DNA of 64,000 bases from an uncultured delta proteobacterium (GCA_963785235.1 CAWAUM010000001.1:704001-768000), one strand, 5' to 3'; shown: positions 30,080-41,144, counted from the first letter of the stretch. Numbers and translations: made by a program. Notes: generated by a model not told the origin, from the sequence alone.

Positions 30080-30385
30080 ATGGCAGGACCGTCTGACATT
30101 TCTACTATACTCTCCCAGGCAGGGAGGATTGAGAAGATCAATCAGAACACCTTTGCCCAATCGGAGTTCGCACGTCAGATTCTCACCGAACAAGAGGCAA
30201 AGGCAAGGCTGCTCAGAAGCAGGGAAGTGGCCCAAACCAAGAAGGCCCAGGAAATATCGGTGAGTGACAAGGCAAAAGAGGAACACCGAAAAGAGAATCC
30301 CAAGGAAGACAAGTCCAAGGCCCTGATCGATTCAGAAGAGGAAAACCCCCAAGGGGAGAAACACATCATCGATGTGGTGGTGTAA
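30080..30385 (+). CDS. Hypothetical protein (flagellar-cluster associated)
   Basis: Charged 101-aa ORF ending HIIDVVV; first gene of the operon. Confidence 0.6.
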   Translation: MAGPSDISTILSQAGRIEKINQNTFAQSEFARQILTEQEAKARLLRSREVAQTKKAQEISVSDKAKEEHRKENPKEDKSKALIDSEEENPQGEKHIIDVVV

Positions 30386-30387
30386 TC

Positions 30388-30828
30388 TTGCAGCTTCCTG
30401 GTGTTGATCCTACAAGACTCCTCCTTATTGCACAAGTCATCATCCAGATAATCCTGATTGCTTTCGTGGTGTTTCTCCTTGTCCTGGAAAAAAAGAGAAA
30501 GGTTAAGCCTGACGCCCTTGAAGAGCTCAAGGCGGTAGTGAAGCAAACACAGGATCTCTCGAATGCCTTCCACACTAATGTCCAGCAGAGAATCGACCTG
30601 GTCTCCAAGGTCATGAGTGACCTTGACAGTAAAATTCGAAACGCCGAGGGCCTCATGAAGGCATTGGAAGAGACATCGCTGAAGGTGAAGAAGGCCAGGC
30701 AGTTCAATTCATCGGATGTCCTGAAACTGCACAGTGGAGGTTTCGATGCCCTTGAGATCTCCCAGATCACCGGGGTACCTGTGGGTGAGATTGAGCTCAT
30801 GATCAAGGTAAGTAATCCCCAGGGCTAA
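30388..30828 (+). CDS. Membrane-anchored coiled-coil protein with C-terminal HTH-like tail (DUF2802-like)
   Basis: N-terminal TM, coiled coil, EISQITGVPVGEIELM. Confidence 0.6.
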   Translation: MQLPGVDPTRLLLIAQVIIQIILIAFVVFLLVLEKKRKVKPDALEELKAVVKQTQDLSNAFHTNVQQRIDLVSKVMSDLDSKIRNAEGLMKALEETSLKVKKARQFNSSDVLKLHSGGFDALEISQITGVPVGEIELMIKVSNPQG

Positions 30829-30842
30829 ATCAAAAAGAAGTT

Positions 30843-31610
30843 ATGCGTATTATCCCTGCCCAGATCACTGCCGGCGATATTATTGTAAAAGACAAGATGC
30901 CAGCGCTGGTTATCGGGCGGCAGGTTATCGCCACCGTGCTCGCCAGTGCGAAAGACGGACTTGTCCTGATCTCCATGTTCGGGAAGCAATTCTTTGTGGA
31001 GACGACCCTTGACCTGCAAAAGGATCAGATACTCAACCTCAAGGTGTATGCCACCACCCCTAAGGTTATCATGAAACCTGTTGAGTCGAATCCTGAAGTG
31101 AGATCTTCAATCAAGCTGATGGATAACCTTGTGGAGCAGCTTGTGGGAAAATTCGGCAGTACCCAAATACAGGCCTTTGATCTTAAAGAGATCCTGAAGA
31201 AGCTTATATCCGATGCCCCTGACGAGAAGATGGCTGTACAGCTTGCCCAGAAGTTTATCCAAGACTTTTCGCAGTTACCGATCAATACAATTGCTTATCT
31301 CCTGATCCCTCTTGTGGGTGAAGATACCCGTGGCAGGGCCCAGGTAACAATTGAAAAGGATGGGCAGGATTACCGGTTGCATTTTGATATGGAGACCGAT
31401 GCCCTGGGTCTTATTGAAAGCACTGTCTTAAAGACAAAAGCAGGGATATCTGTTGAAATCTCTTCTGCGCTCGGAGAGGTTGTGGATTTTTTGAAGGCGA
31501 ATGTGAAAGATCTTGGTGCAAGCCTTGAGCCTTTTGGGATTATGGGTATTGAGATTGTGCAGAAGAAACCAACTGCAGCGCAGCGTACTCCGGTGGATGT
31601 GGTGGTATGA
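30843..31610 (+). CDS. FliK-C-like hypothetical protein
   Basis: C-terminal LHFDMETDALGLIES..ISVEI..LKANV.DL, ends VDVVV; overlaps the FlhB-like gene. Confidence 0.5.
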   Translation: MRIIPAQITAGDIIVKDKMPALVIGRQVIATVLASAKDGLVLISMFGKQFFVETTLDLQKDQILNLKVYATTPKVIMKPVESNPEVRSSIKLMDNLVEQLVGKFGSTQIQAFDLKEILKKLISDAPDEKMAVQLAQKFIQDFSQLPINTIAYLLIPLVGEDTRGRAQVTIEKDGQDYRLHFDMETDALGLIESTVLKTKAGISVEISSALGEVVDFLKANVKDLGASLEPFGIMGIEIVQKKPTAAQRTPVDVVV

Positions 31611-31888
31611 AGAAAGAGGACAGGATAAAAAAGGCTGTTGCCTTGAAATACGAAAGGGGAAAAGATGCCGCCCCGAAGGTTACGGCAAAGGGCAGAGGCG
31701 CCATAGCAGATAAGATCCTTGCCTTGGCCAAAGAGCACAAGATCCCTATCGAAAAGGATTCAACCCTGATGGAGGCGCTCTACCGTCTGGATATCAATGA
31801 GGGGATCCCTGAAGAGCTCTACAAGGTTGTTGCTGAGCTCCTGGCGTTTATTTATCGTATGAATGCCCTCAAGAAGGGCAGATCTTAA
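31607..31888 (+). CDS. FlhB cytoplasmic-domain-like protein (EscU/YscU switch family, YlqH/FlhX type)
   Basis: KAVALKY...APKVTAKGRG.IADKI..A..HKIPI...IPEELYKVVAELLAFIY. Confidence 0.9.
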   Translation: MKKEDRIKKAVALKYERGKDAAPKVTAKGRGAIADKILALAKEHKIPIEKDSTLMEALYRLDINEGIPEELYKVVAELLAFIYRMNALKKGRS

Positions 31889-32137
31889 ATTCTCTGTAGA
31901 ATATCTTGTAACCATCTTGACTGATGTTCCCATCCTTTTATATATAGTTCCGTGCCGTTTGAGCAGCTTTTTTATGTGAAAATACATATTGTTATTATAC
32001 TGAAAGCAGTTATATGCTAGGTGTCATGTGCATAAAGGATCATCTTAAGTGACAAGATCCTTTGATGATAAGGGTTAAAAAGTGAGGAAACAGCTACATT
32101 AGGTCGTCTATCAAAAACTACAAAGGGAGGAAAAGGG

Positions 32138-32599
32138 ATGAAAAGATTAATGGTGGCATTTATTCTCGTGAGTTTTTTCGTATTGCCCGCATCGGTCTGT
32201 TTTGCTGTAAATCAGAAGAATACGGGTTGTGGTCTCGGTTCCATAGTGATGCAGGGTAACGATGGTCTGGTTTTCCAGGTCCTGGCTGCAACAACCAATG
32301 GAACGTCCGGCAACCAGACCTTCGGCATGACCTCAGGCACTTCGAATTGTGAAAAGCCGAACCGTTTTGTAAGTATTGAGAGAATCAATACATACGTTGC
32401 AGACAACATGGATAATCTGGCCAATGACATTGCCAAGGGAAATGGGGAATATCTCAATACCCTGGCAGTTCTTATGGATGTTCCCGAAAACTCAAGGGCC
32501 GGTTTTTATTCAAAACTCCAGAACAATTTTTCCCGGATTTATCCATCAACAGATATCAGCAGCATTGATGTGGTCAAGAATATCGAAGCCCTGATATAG
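32138..32599 (+). CDS. DUF3015-family secreted protein
   Basis: Signal peptide; GCGLGS, TTNGTSGNQTFGMTSGTSNC, LANDIAKGNGEYL. Confidence 0.85.
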   Translation: MKRLMVAFILVSFFVLPASVCFAVNQKNTGCGLGSIVMQGNDGLVFQVLAATTNGTSGNQTFGMTSGTSNCEKPNRFVSIERINTYVADNMDNLANDIAKGNGEYLNTLAVLMDVPENSRAGFYSKLQNNFSRIYPSTDISSIDVVKNIEALI

Positions 32600-32608
32600 T
32601 ACTGTTAA

Positions 32609-34541
32609 GTGTATACAGGAACAGGAAGGAGATACACAGGGCATCAAGGTTGCATCTCCTTCCTGTTCCTTATACTCCTTTTATTATCTTTGTGTATTCC
32701 TCAGGCTCATGCCCAGGATTCACCATATCTGTCCCAGATACTGGCTTCAGCACATCAGATGAAGCTCCATGAAGATCCCTACTGGCATATCCTTCTCCAT
32801 TATAAACCAGGTGCATCCGGGTATGAGAGCCTCGTTGATGATCCGAATTTTTTCCTCGCCCCTGATGGTAAAACAAACCCTGAGGCCGAGCTCGATGCCA
32901 CTATCCGCGCCTTTTTTGAACCGCAGGGAGATGAAGAGAAATCTGCAGTGTGCAGGTTTGTAGCCCGGTATGAGTGGATTAGGGAAAGGTTGAAAATCGA
33001 TCCCGAACAACTTCCCATGACCGAATGCCGGTCCTTTGAGAACTACATGGACAAGATGAAACCTGAGTCGGTCACCCTGATCTTTCCCTCAGCCCACCTG
33101 AATAGTCCGGCATCCATGTTCGGCCATACCCTTCTGACCATTGAAACGGCAAACAAAAGCAAACTCCTCGCCTATGCGGTCAATTATACGGCGGTTACGA
33201 ACGAGACCTTCGGTCCCTTGTTTGCAGTAAAGGGGTTGTTCGGATTATATCCGGGATATTTCTCTGTGCTGCCGTATTATACGAAGCTCCAGGAATACAG
33301 TGATGTCGATCACCGGGATATCTGGGAATATCCCCTCAATCTCACAGGGCCTGAAATCAGAAAGATGATGCTGCATATCCGTGAGATGGATGGCATTGCG
33401 TCAGATTATTACTTTTTTGACGAGAACTGTTCCTATGATCTATTATTTCTTCTGGAGGCGGCACGTCCGAGCGTAAAGCTCACCGATCAGGTTCATGCGT
33501 GGCTGATACCCCTTGATTCCATAAGAATGGTCGAGAGGGAGGGTTTCATTACAGGCGTTTTCTACAGACCCTCAAGAACGACAAAGATCAAATACCTTGC
33601 ATCTCATTTATCAGCGCAGGGACAGGACAGGGCGTTGGCACTGGCCAGCGGCGAACTTAAGGAGGATCCATTTACCGGCAAGGATATACCCGATCAGGAG
33701 AAGATCAAGACACTGGATCTTGCCAGTGAGTATCTGCAATATCTTTATACCAAGCGAGGGGTTCCCCAGGATATTTATCAGGCACGGTTGTTGAAGATCC
33801 TCAGTGAGCGAAGCCTGCTGGGCAGATCCGGAGATGATGCTTTGTTTCAAATCCCTTCACCCATGCAGCCTGATAAAGGACACGAATCCAACCGCTTTGC
33901 CATTGGCGCTGGAGTAAAAAGAGACGAAGTTTTATGGAAATCAGGATCAGGCCGGCGTACCACGATCTGATGGACTGCGATGAAGGCTATGTCGAAGGGG
34001 CACAGCTTAATATTTACCGAAGCAGCCTTCCGGTATTATCCGTCGGATAGAAAGGTCAGCCTGGAGAATTTAGATATCATTGATATTATTTCTCTCTCGC
34101 CAAGGGATAAGTTTTTTCATCCCATATCATGGAAGGTAAAGACAGGATTGACCCGTATGACCTTGAAAGATGATAAGGATCACCTGGTATATGAGGTCAA
34201 TCCGGGTGGCGGATTTGCTTATAAACATGACGCGATAGGTTTGATGTATGCTATGCTGGAAACAGACCTCAAGGTGAGTGGGGCATTAGAGAATAATTAT
34301 GCAGCAGGGATCGGAGGCTCAGCCGGTGTTATGAGAAAGCTGAGTAACTGCTGGAAAGCCCACCTTTTTGTGAAAGGCCTCTCTTATGGTCTGGGGGATC
34401 GATTCAATACCTTTGAAGCGAGTATGCAACAGAGTTTCACCATTAATGCGGACCAGGAGCATATCTGTGGATGTAAAACGATGTAAAACGAGAGAGTTCT
34501 ATCAGACTGAGGCAAAGGTCCTCTGGAACCTGTTCTTTTAA
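32609..34541 (+). CDS. DUF4105 (Lnb N-terminal-like) outer-membrane protein; frameshifts near 33930-34010 and 34450
   Basis: CRFVARY, SMFGHTLL, RDIWEYPL, YYFFDENCS; beta-strand-rich C-terminus ending WNLFF-stop at 34541. Confidence 0.8.
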
Positions 34542-35364
34542 ATGGCCCATATGCTCAAGTCTGACAGGATAAAATCCGTCATCTTAGTCGGTTTACTGCT
34601 CTGTCGTAGCAGGGTGCGTATCTAATGTCCTCTATCAGCCCCAGAGGGTAGTAAGATATACCCCTCATGATGCACAATTGAACTATGAAGATGTCTCTTT
34701 CCAAACACAAGACGGCGTGAAGATATCAGGCTGGTGGGTTCCTGCGGAACAGGCGAGGGGTACCGTGCTGTTTTGTCATGGCAACGGCGGGAATGTCTCC
34801 AGTTGCCTGGACACTCTTCTGATCATGAACAACCTGAGACTGAATGCGCTTATTTTCGATTACCGGGGATATGGAAACAGTGAGGGTTCTCCAACTGAGA
34901 AGGGGACTTATGCGGATGCAGAGGCGGCCTGGAGTTACCTGGTGACAGAAAGGAAGGTTCCTCCGGACAGGATAATTATCTGGGGCAGGTCCCTCGGGGG
35001 TGCAATTGCCGCCAGGACTGCTGCAAAACATCGTGCCGGGATAGTCATTGTCGAATCCACGTTCACCTCACTGAAGGATCTCGTCCATGACCGCATGAGC
35101 TGGGTTCCTTCATGGATCCTTGCTAACTACTCCTATGATACCAGGCATTATCTTAAGGAGGTGAATGTCCCTGTGCTTGTCATCCACAGCCCTGATGATG
35201 AAATGATCCCTTTCCGGCATGGGAAGAATCTGTATGATTCAGTTCCAGGACCAAAGTCTTTCTCAGAGATCAAGGGTTCCCATAACCGAGGTTTTATCGA
35301 TTCGATAGCCGTGTATGAATCATCGATCAATGATTTTATCACTCGTTACTTGGAAAAGCAGTGA
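34542..35364 (+). CDS. Alpha/beta hydrolase (YfhR/ABHD13-like), probable lipoprotein; frameshift in the signal region
   Basis: Upstream in-frame VAGC lipobox; HGNGGN, DYRGYG, GRSLGG, HSPDDE, GSHN. Confidence 0.85.
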
Positions 35365-35411
35365 TCTCAAAGTGAGGTAGATGATGAAGCGGATATCCAT
35401 GTTTACTGGTA

Positions 35412-35939
35412 TTGATACTGGCCCTGGCCGCAAGATGTTCTTATGCCCTGGATCTTCCCGATGACGCCCTTCGATTACTCGCCGAGGCGTCAGCGGACCC
35501 CTGTTCTATCTGCGTAAAGCAGAAGTTGGAGAAGGCCTTTCTTGCCATGAATGTCAGGTTCAGCCCCGGCCTCGTGATAAACAGCGATGATAAGTGCCGG
35601 CTGGTAAAAGTAGATTCAGGGGATGACAACGAATTGTCGCTGACCTGTTATCCGCCGGACACGTTGAAGAAATCTCTCAAGGAAGGTGAAGAACTGCCGC
35701 AATTGATATTCAGATTCTATACGCCCGGAAAGCGGCTTGTGGGCATCTGTGAGAATGATTACACAAGCACGACCATGGCGGATTTATACCATGCATCGAA
35801 ACCCGGGACAGTTTTTGAAGGCCGGATTAAACTTATCCCTTACAAATACGGTGATGGTCCAACCTATAACTTTTTCCAGCAGACCAATAAACTGCTGATT
35901 CACTGTACAGTATTACAGCTGAAACCATTGGCACGATAA
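35412..35939 (+). CDS. Hypothetical secreted protein (probable start ~35381, frameshifted leader)
   Basis: Signal-like N-terminus, CxxC and further Cys residues; SD GAGG before 35381. Confidence 0.55.
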   Translation: MILALAARCSYALDLPDDALRLLAEASADPCSICVKQKLEKAFLAMNVRFSPGLVINSDDKCRLVKVDSGDDNELSLTCYPPDTLKKSLKEGEELPQLIFRFYTPGKRLVGICENDYTSTTMADLYHASKPGTVFEGRIKLIPYKYGDGPTYNFFQQTNKLLIHCTVLQLKPLAR

Positions 35940-36032
35940 GCCGTTAATCTTGGATGTAAAGCTGGTCATATCATTGATATCCCTGGAATACACCGATACC
36001 CTGTGGATAATGTATCACCTTCGAGAATGGTC

Positions 36033-37269
36033 TTACCCCCCGAAATGTTCTTTAACGATCCTGAACCCTGTATCCGCCACCTCAAGGGTCTTGTTGATAT
36101 CCTCCATCGTATGGGCAGCGGAGAGGAACCAGTTGTGGTGCGGGTTGAAGAAGACTCCGCGCTTGGCGCATTCCCCGCAGAAGAGCTGGGAACGAAGGAA
36201 GTTTGTTTCATTGGCGAACTTCATGAAGGGAATGGCCGGCGGACCGGTGATGGAAACCTTCAGGCCGTGAACCGAGGCCAGATCAGCGAGGCCTTTCAAG
36301 AGGGTCTCTCCCAGCTCCTTGACCACCTTGGTGATGTTTATCCTCTCCATCTCATCGAGGCATACCAGGGCGACCGCCATCTCAGGGGCATTCATCCAGA
36401 ACGAGCCGGTCATGTAGGCCTTGGATGCGGTTATCCTGAGCTTTTCGGCCCCCACGAGCATGGAGATGGCATATCCATTGGCCATGCCCTTGCTGAAGCA
36501 GGCCATGTCGGGTCTGAAGCCGAAGTAGTGGGCCGAGCCCTTGAGGTCGAGCCGCCATCCTGCCCTGACATCGTCGATGATGAGCACGATGTCGTTCTCA
36601 TCGCATAACTTTCTCATCTCGGGCCAGAAAGAGGGCTCAGGCATCCTCTGGTCGGCTAAGACAGGGTGGTGATACGGGGTGAGCATAACCCCTGCAATCT
36701 GGTCTTTATGGATGGCGATCACTTCTTTGAAGGCATTGAGGTCACCCCAGGGCACCATGACGATGTCAGCCCTGTCTGAAGGATTTATGCCCACTGTGTT
36801 GTTGCCTGACCAGGCCTGGGTGCCGTGATACCCTTCCTCAGCCAGGACGATCTTTGTCCGTTTCTTGTAGCCGCGGGCCAGCATGATTGCCATGGATGTC
36901 GCATCCGCACCGTTCTTGGCAAACATTACCCAGTCGGCTCCGTCAATGGTACGGGTTACCCGTTCTGCCAGGTCTACGGACAGATTGGTCGCTATGGAAC
37001 AGCAGGTACCGAGGCCTGCCTGCTTCCGATATGCATCATCGACCTTGTCATTGGCATAACCCAGGATCATGGGGCCGTAGCCGCACATGTAGTCGATGAT
37101 ATTCGTTGCCGTCCACATCCCAGAAGTGCGAACCCTTGGCCCTTTCCACAAAATACGGGTATGAGCCCGGCACCGTGATGACCGGGGTGAAATGGCCGTA
37201 GATGCCCTGGGGGATGACGCGAGCCGCGCGCGCAAACAGTTCATGTGATTTTTTGAATGAGTAGCTCAC
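36033..37269 (-). CDS. Class III PLP aminotransferase (glutamate-1-semialdehyde aminomutase-like); frameshift near 37100
   Basis: AKGSHFWDVDGNE, DYMCGYGPMILG, KNGADAT, YHG, LIIDDVRAG, FSKGMANG. Confidence 0.88.
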
Positions 37270-38027
37270 TGCGCCACCTCCTTCGGGGGAAGATAAACAC
37301 CTACCTTGTCAAGAAAAACATTCACGATCTGGGCCATGTGGAGATCTCCCTTGAAGATGATATTCAAAAGACCTGCTTGGGCCAATACATCCACCTTATC
37401 TTGTGATACCTTCAGGAAAAGGTCATCAGTAGCGAATTCAAGCAGAAAGTCAGGTGACTGGGCTGTTCCTATCATGCCCTTCGGTTCGCTCCGAGTGAAA
37501 TCAACATGGACTGCATGGCCGTCTTTGATCCTGAACTCGGCCTTGCCGTGAAGCTTCCTGGCAAGAGGACTTAATTCAGGGTCTTCCCGGGAGATGATGG
37601 CCATGGTCCTGGCCAGTATGTCCAGGGTCAATCGTGCCCTGAGTTTCTCAGGTGCTGTGCCTCCATCAAGTATTTTTTCCATATGCTTGGCAAGGCGCGA
37701 GAACACCATCAGGCCCTTGAGCCGTGAAAGGCCTTTCAGTGGAATCGGGATGCTTAAGCCTTTGCCGGAGAAAAGTGCGTTCAGCATGGTGGCGGTAGGG
37801 AAGAAGAGATAGATGTCGGAAGGCCCCTGTGCTCCTGGCTCTACTTTCACCTTGGAATCCTTGAAAACAACATCACATCGAGGTCCTCTTAGGCCCACAG
37901 CAAACCGGATTCTTCCCGTCCACTGTCCCGCATAGGATGAAGCCACTTGATCTTCGATGGAAAGGGCCTCCATTGTGGGCAGTACGGCGCCGAGATAAAT
38001 CTTTGACAGAACCTTTTGATCGATCAT
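37266..38027 (-). CDS. Hypothetical protein with SCP2-like segments
   Basis: Stop overlaps the next GTG (GTGA); C-terminal PDFLLEF...IIFKGDLHMA resembles SCP2. Confidence 0.55.
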   Translation of the reverse strand: MIDQKVLSKIYLGAVLPTMEALSIEDQVASSYAGQWTGRIRFAVGLRGPRCDVVFKDSKVKVEPGAQGPSDIYLFFPTATMLNALFSGKGLSIPIPLKGLSRLKGLMVFSRLAKHMEKILDGGTAPEKLRARLTLDILARTMAIISREDPELSPLARKLHGKAEFRIKDGHAVHVDFTRSEPKGMIGTAQSPDFLLEFATDDLFLKVSQDKVDVLAQAGLLNIIFKGDLHMAQIVNVFLDKVGVYLPPKEVAQ

Positions 38028-38108
38028 AACCACCCCACAGATTCAAGGAATAATTATTACTTATGTATAAGAAGTGCCTGGATTAAATCAATCACTGATG
38101 CCGGCAGG

Positions 38109-39200
38109 TTATCTGAAATGGATTACAACGATGTCGTTGTCCCTCAGGATGAATTCCCTGCCCTCAATGAGTATGACGCCTGCATCGCGTGCACCATGGA
38201 GCCCGTTGTATTTCCGGAAGTCATCGAGCGATATGACATCCGCCTTGATGAAACCCTTCTGGATGTCGGTGTGGATGAGACCTGCAGCTTCAAATGCCGT
38301 GCCGCCTTTCTTAAGGGTCCAGGCCCGCAGCTCTTTGCCGACAGGTGTGTAGAAGGTTATGAGATCCAGAAGCTTATAGCACGTGCTGATGAGCGCCTCG
38401 GTGCCCGAGCGTTCTATGCCGATGGACTCCAGAAATTCCCTGCGCTCCGCTTCATCGAGCTCGGAGGCCTCGAGTTCGAACCTGGAGCAGATGGGAACCA
38501 CCATCTTGCCCTTCTTTTCTGCCCAGGCCTTCAGGTTATCCAGATGGACCGATCCCTTGGTGATGTCATCCTCGCCGACATTTGCCACGATAACATATGG
38601 TTTGGCCGTGAGGAGACCCAAGGCCTTCATCTCACCCTGATCAAAGGAGATGCCTGCATCAACTATACAGATACCCTTGGACAGTGTCTCCTGGATGGTT
38701 TCCAGAAGTTCCATCTCGCCCACCGCCATGTCTTTTTTGCCGAGCCTGAGGCCTTTTTTCAGGGTTTCAAGCCTGTTCTGGACAAGCTCCAGGTCCGCCA
38801 TTACCAGTTCCGTAAGGATTATCTCCAGGTCTGTACACGGATTTATGTCTGTATAGACATGGCTTACGTTTACATCCTGGAAGCACCTGACTACATGGAT
38901 AATGGCATCCACTCCCCTTATCTGGCCAAGGAACTGGTTTCCGAGACCCTCACCCTTAAAGGCCCCTTTGACGAGACCGGCTATGTCAAAAAGTTTTAAT
39001 GTGGTGGAAGTAATCTTCTCCGGCTTTATGATTTGGGCAATGGCCTTGAGGTTGTCATCGGGCACATTTACGACCCCGATGTTCGGGTCTATGGTGCAGA
39101 AGGGATAATTCTCAGCCGGGGCATTTGCCTTTGTGATGAGGTTAAACAGGGTGGATTTGCCCGCATTGGGCAGTCCCACTATGCCGCAGGTAAAGCTCAT
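38109..39200 (-). CDS. ychF: Ribosome-binding ATPase YchF
   Basis: GIVGLPNAGKSTLFN, NYPFCTIDPN, DIAGLVKGA, GLGNQFL, IHTD..KGFI. Confidence 0.95.
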   Translation of the reverse strand: MSFTCGIVGLPNAGKSTLFNLITKANAPAENYPFCTIDPNIGVVNVPDDNLKAIAQIIKPEKITSTTLKLFDIAGLVKGAFKGEGLGNQFLGQIRGVDAIIHVVRCFQDVNVSHVYTDINPCTDLEIILTELVMADLELVQNRLETLKKGLRLGKKDMAVGEMELLETIQETLSKGICIVDAGISFDQGEMKALGLLTAKPYVIVANVGEDDITKGSVHLDNLKAWAEKKGKMVVPICSRFELEASELDEAERREFLESIGIERSGTEALISTCYKLLDLITFYTPVGKELRAWTLKKGGTAFEAAGLIHTDIQKGFIKADVISLDDFRKYNGLHGARDAGVILIEGREFILRDNDIVVIHFR

Positions 39201-39209
39201 TGCGGAGCC

Positions 39210-39703
39210 TTAGAGCGCAGTGTAATCTATGCGGGCCAACAGGGCGCCGAGCAGATCACAGATGATGGATGCAATGAGCATGTCATCCTTGGTGAACCCC
39301 CCTGAGTCTTATCAGCCAGGTTTAAGATGCCGAGCATCTTTTCCTTCTGCCTGATAAGTATGCACATGAAGGATTTTGTGGTGTACTTTTCCTTGTTCTG
39401 CAGCCCGATCTCCTCTTCGATGTCCTTTATGATGAGGGAACTGTTGCGAGCCAGTGCAAGGTTCATGATGCTGTCCCTTTGGGTCCCCACAGAGATAAAG
39501 GGATCCTGCCCTATGTCGATATGATTATGGGCCTTGATCTCAAGGTCACCGGACGAGGGGTTCCGTGTGAAGAGAGAGCAGTATTTCGCATCCAGAACCT
39601 TTGGAAGATGATTCACCACCGTGTCGAATATTGTCGGCAGGTCCTCGGCTTCATTCAGATGTCTGGCCATTTCAAAGAGTGTCTCAAGGTAGGGTCTCTC
39701 CAT
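39210..39703 (-). CDS. Standalone GAF-domain protein; frameshift near 39300
   Basis: CSLF, SFMCIL..LGILNLADK, continuing FTKDDMLIA..RIDYTAL-stop (39210). Confidence 0.75.
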
Positions 39704-39843
39704 AAAGCACCTCCAAATAATATTCTTCTTATCATATCGGTCCCAGGTGCGTCATGTGTGAATATTCATATAAATAAGTATCTTGACTTTGATAGGCAGC
39801 ATAGATGTATAATCATTAAGGGATAATAAAAGGAGACTATCTT

Positions 39844-40056
39844 TTGGAGATACTCGAGATCCTTGAAGAAAAGGTATATGAATTAGTTGAAAAGGTGAAT
39901 AGCCTGAAAAAAACCAATGAAGAATTGACTATCAAGCTCAGAGAAAAGGAGGAAGAAGCAAAAGGATTAAAGCGGGAGATGGACAATCTCTTGGGAGAGA
40001 AAGAACAGGTCAAACAGAAGGTGGCACACCTAATTAAGTGCGTGGAAGCATTGTAA
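39844..40056 (+). CDS. zapB: ZapB-like coiled-coil cell division protein
   Basis: 70-aa heptad coiled coil immediately before zapA. Confidence 0.65.
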   Translation: MEILEILEEKVYELVEKVNSLKKTNEELTIKLREKEEEAKGLKREMDNLLGEKEQVKQKVAHLIKCVEAL

Positions 40057-40060
40057 GATT

Positions 40061-40342
40061 TTGTACAACACAGTAACCATACAGATACTCGGGCAGGAAT
40101 ATAAGGTAAAGGCCGGGGGGGATGCTGGCCACATTGCGTCATTGTCGAGATATATCAATGAGAAGGTATTTGATGTTCAACAAAGAGGCACTGCAGTGAC
40201 GACCACGGAACTGGTGGCAATGGTCATGTTACACATGGCCGATGATGTGGCAAAGACTCGTCAGGAACTGGAGATAGTGAAAAGTTCGGTGACAGAAAAG
40301 ATAGAACATCTGATAGAGCACATAGATAAGGTAACAATATGA
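40061..40342 (+). CDS. zapA: Cell division protein ZapA
   Basis: VTIQILGQEY...A.V.LHMADD; synteny. Confidence 0.85.
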   Translation: MYNTVTIQILGQEYKVKAGGDAGHIASLSRYINEKVFDVQQRGTAVTTTELVAMVMLHMADDVAKTRQELEIVKSSVTEKIEHLIEHIDKVTI

Positions 40343-40355
40343 AGAAGATACGGTC

Positions 40356-40521
40356 TGCCCCTGGCCACAAGACTATAACATCCCGAGAAAGTATGAGTAT
40401 GGGACATCGCCATTAATCAACGTGGTAAAAGGTTTTCCGCTGAGAGGAAAACCTGAAGTGTAAGCGGTTTGCGGCGAGCGGAATAAGACCACCGTAGGTC
40501 CTATACAAACTTGTGTTGGCA
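40356..40521 (+). ncRNA. ssrS: 6S RNA
   Basis: Canonical position between zapA and 5-FTHF cyclo-ligase; nested long-range pairs TGCC/GGCA, CACAAG/CTTGTG, GTATGGGAC/GTCCTATAC, GTGGT/ACCAC with an internal bubble. Ends approximate. Confidence 0.7.
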
Positions 40522-40589
40522 TCACCTTAATAAGGTTTTATTGCAAAATCTTAACCTTCCACCCCTTCCCTCTTGAATAGGGGGGGAAT

Positions 40590-41135
40590 ATGCATGACAA
40601 GTCGCAATTGCGTAAAGCGATGCTTGCAAGACGTCAAGCGATTGCCGAGGATGAGCTGAAACGTCACGAACCGGCGATTATAAAGCACATCCTGGCATTG
40701 CCATGTTATGGCAATGCGTCATCCATGGCCCTGTATATGCCCATCCGGGGGGAGGTAAGCCTCCTTTCCCTGTGGCGACCTGAACAAAGAACGATCCTCT
40801 TCCCAAAGGTGTCAGGGGATAATCTGGCCTTTTCATCTGCCGCGTCAGTTAAAGAGTTTAGGCAGGGGGCTTATGGGATCCTCGAGCCCGTTTCGCACAG
40901 AAACATGGAACTAAGCGAAATCGATTTGATTTTTGTCCCCGGAGTAGCCTTTGACCGGTACGGCCACCGGCTTGGGTACGGGAAAGGCTACTACGACAGG
41001 CTGATTGACAAGTGTCCGGACATTACCTTCATAGGGATTTGTCTGGATGAGTTTTACCTTGAAAAATTGCCTGTGGACCCATGGGACGCTTTTGTCGATT
41101 TCGTGGTAACCCAAGCCGGAATATATAAAAGGTGA
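40590..41135 (+). CDS. ygfA: 5-formyltetrahydrofolate cyclo-ligase
   Basis: KSQLRK, GEV, YGILEP, VPGVAFD..GHRLGYGKGYYDR. Confidence 0.93.
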   Translation: MHDKSQLRKAMLARRQAIAEDELKRHEPAIIKHILALPCYGNASSMALYMPIRGEVSLLSLWRPEQRTILFPKVSGDNLAFSSAASVKEFRQGAYGILEPVSHRNMELSEIDLIFVPGVAFDRYGHRLGYGKGYYDRLIDKCPDITFIGICLDEFYLEKLPVDPWDAFVDFVVTQAGIYKR

Positions 41136-41144
41136 GGTATAGCG

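Noticed and set aside
38016-38999. Long antisense ORFs (327 aa here; also 14464..15306, 59465..60412, 41256..42074)
   Set aside because: Shadow frames opposite well-supported genes, with no motifs or RBS.
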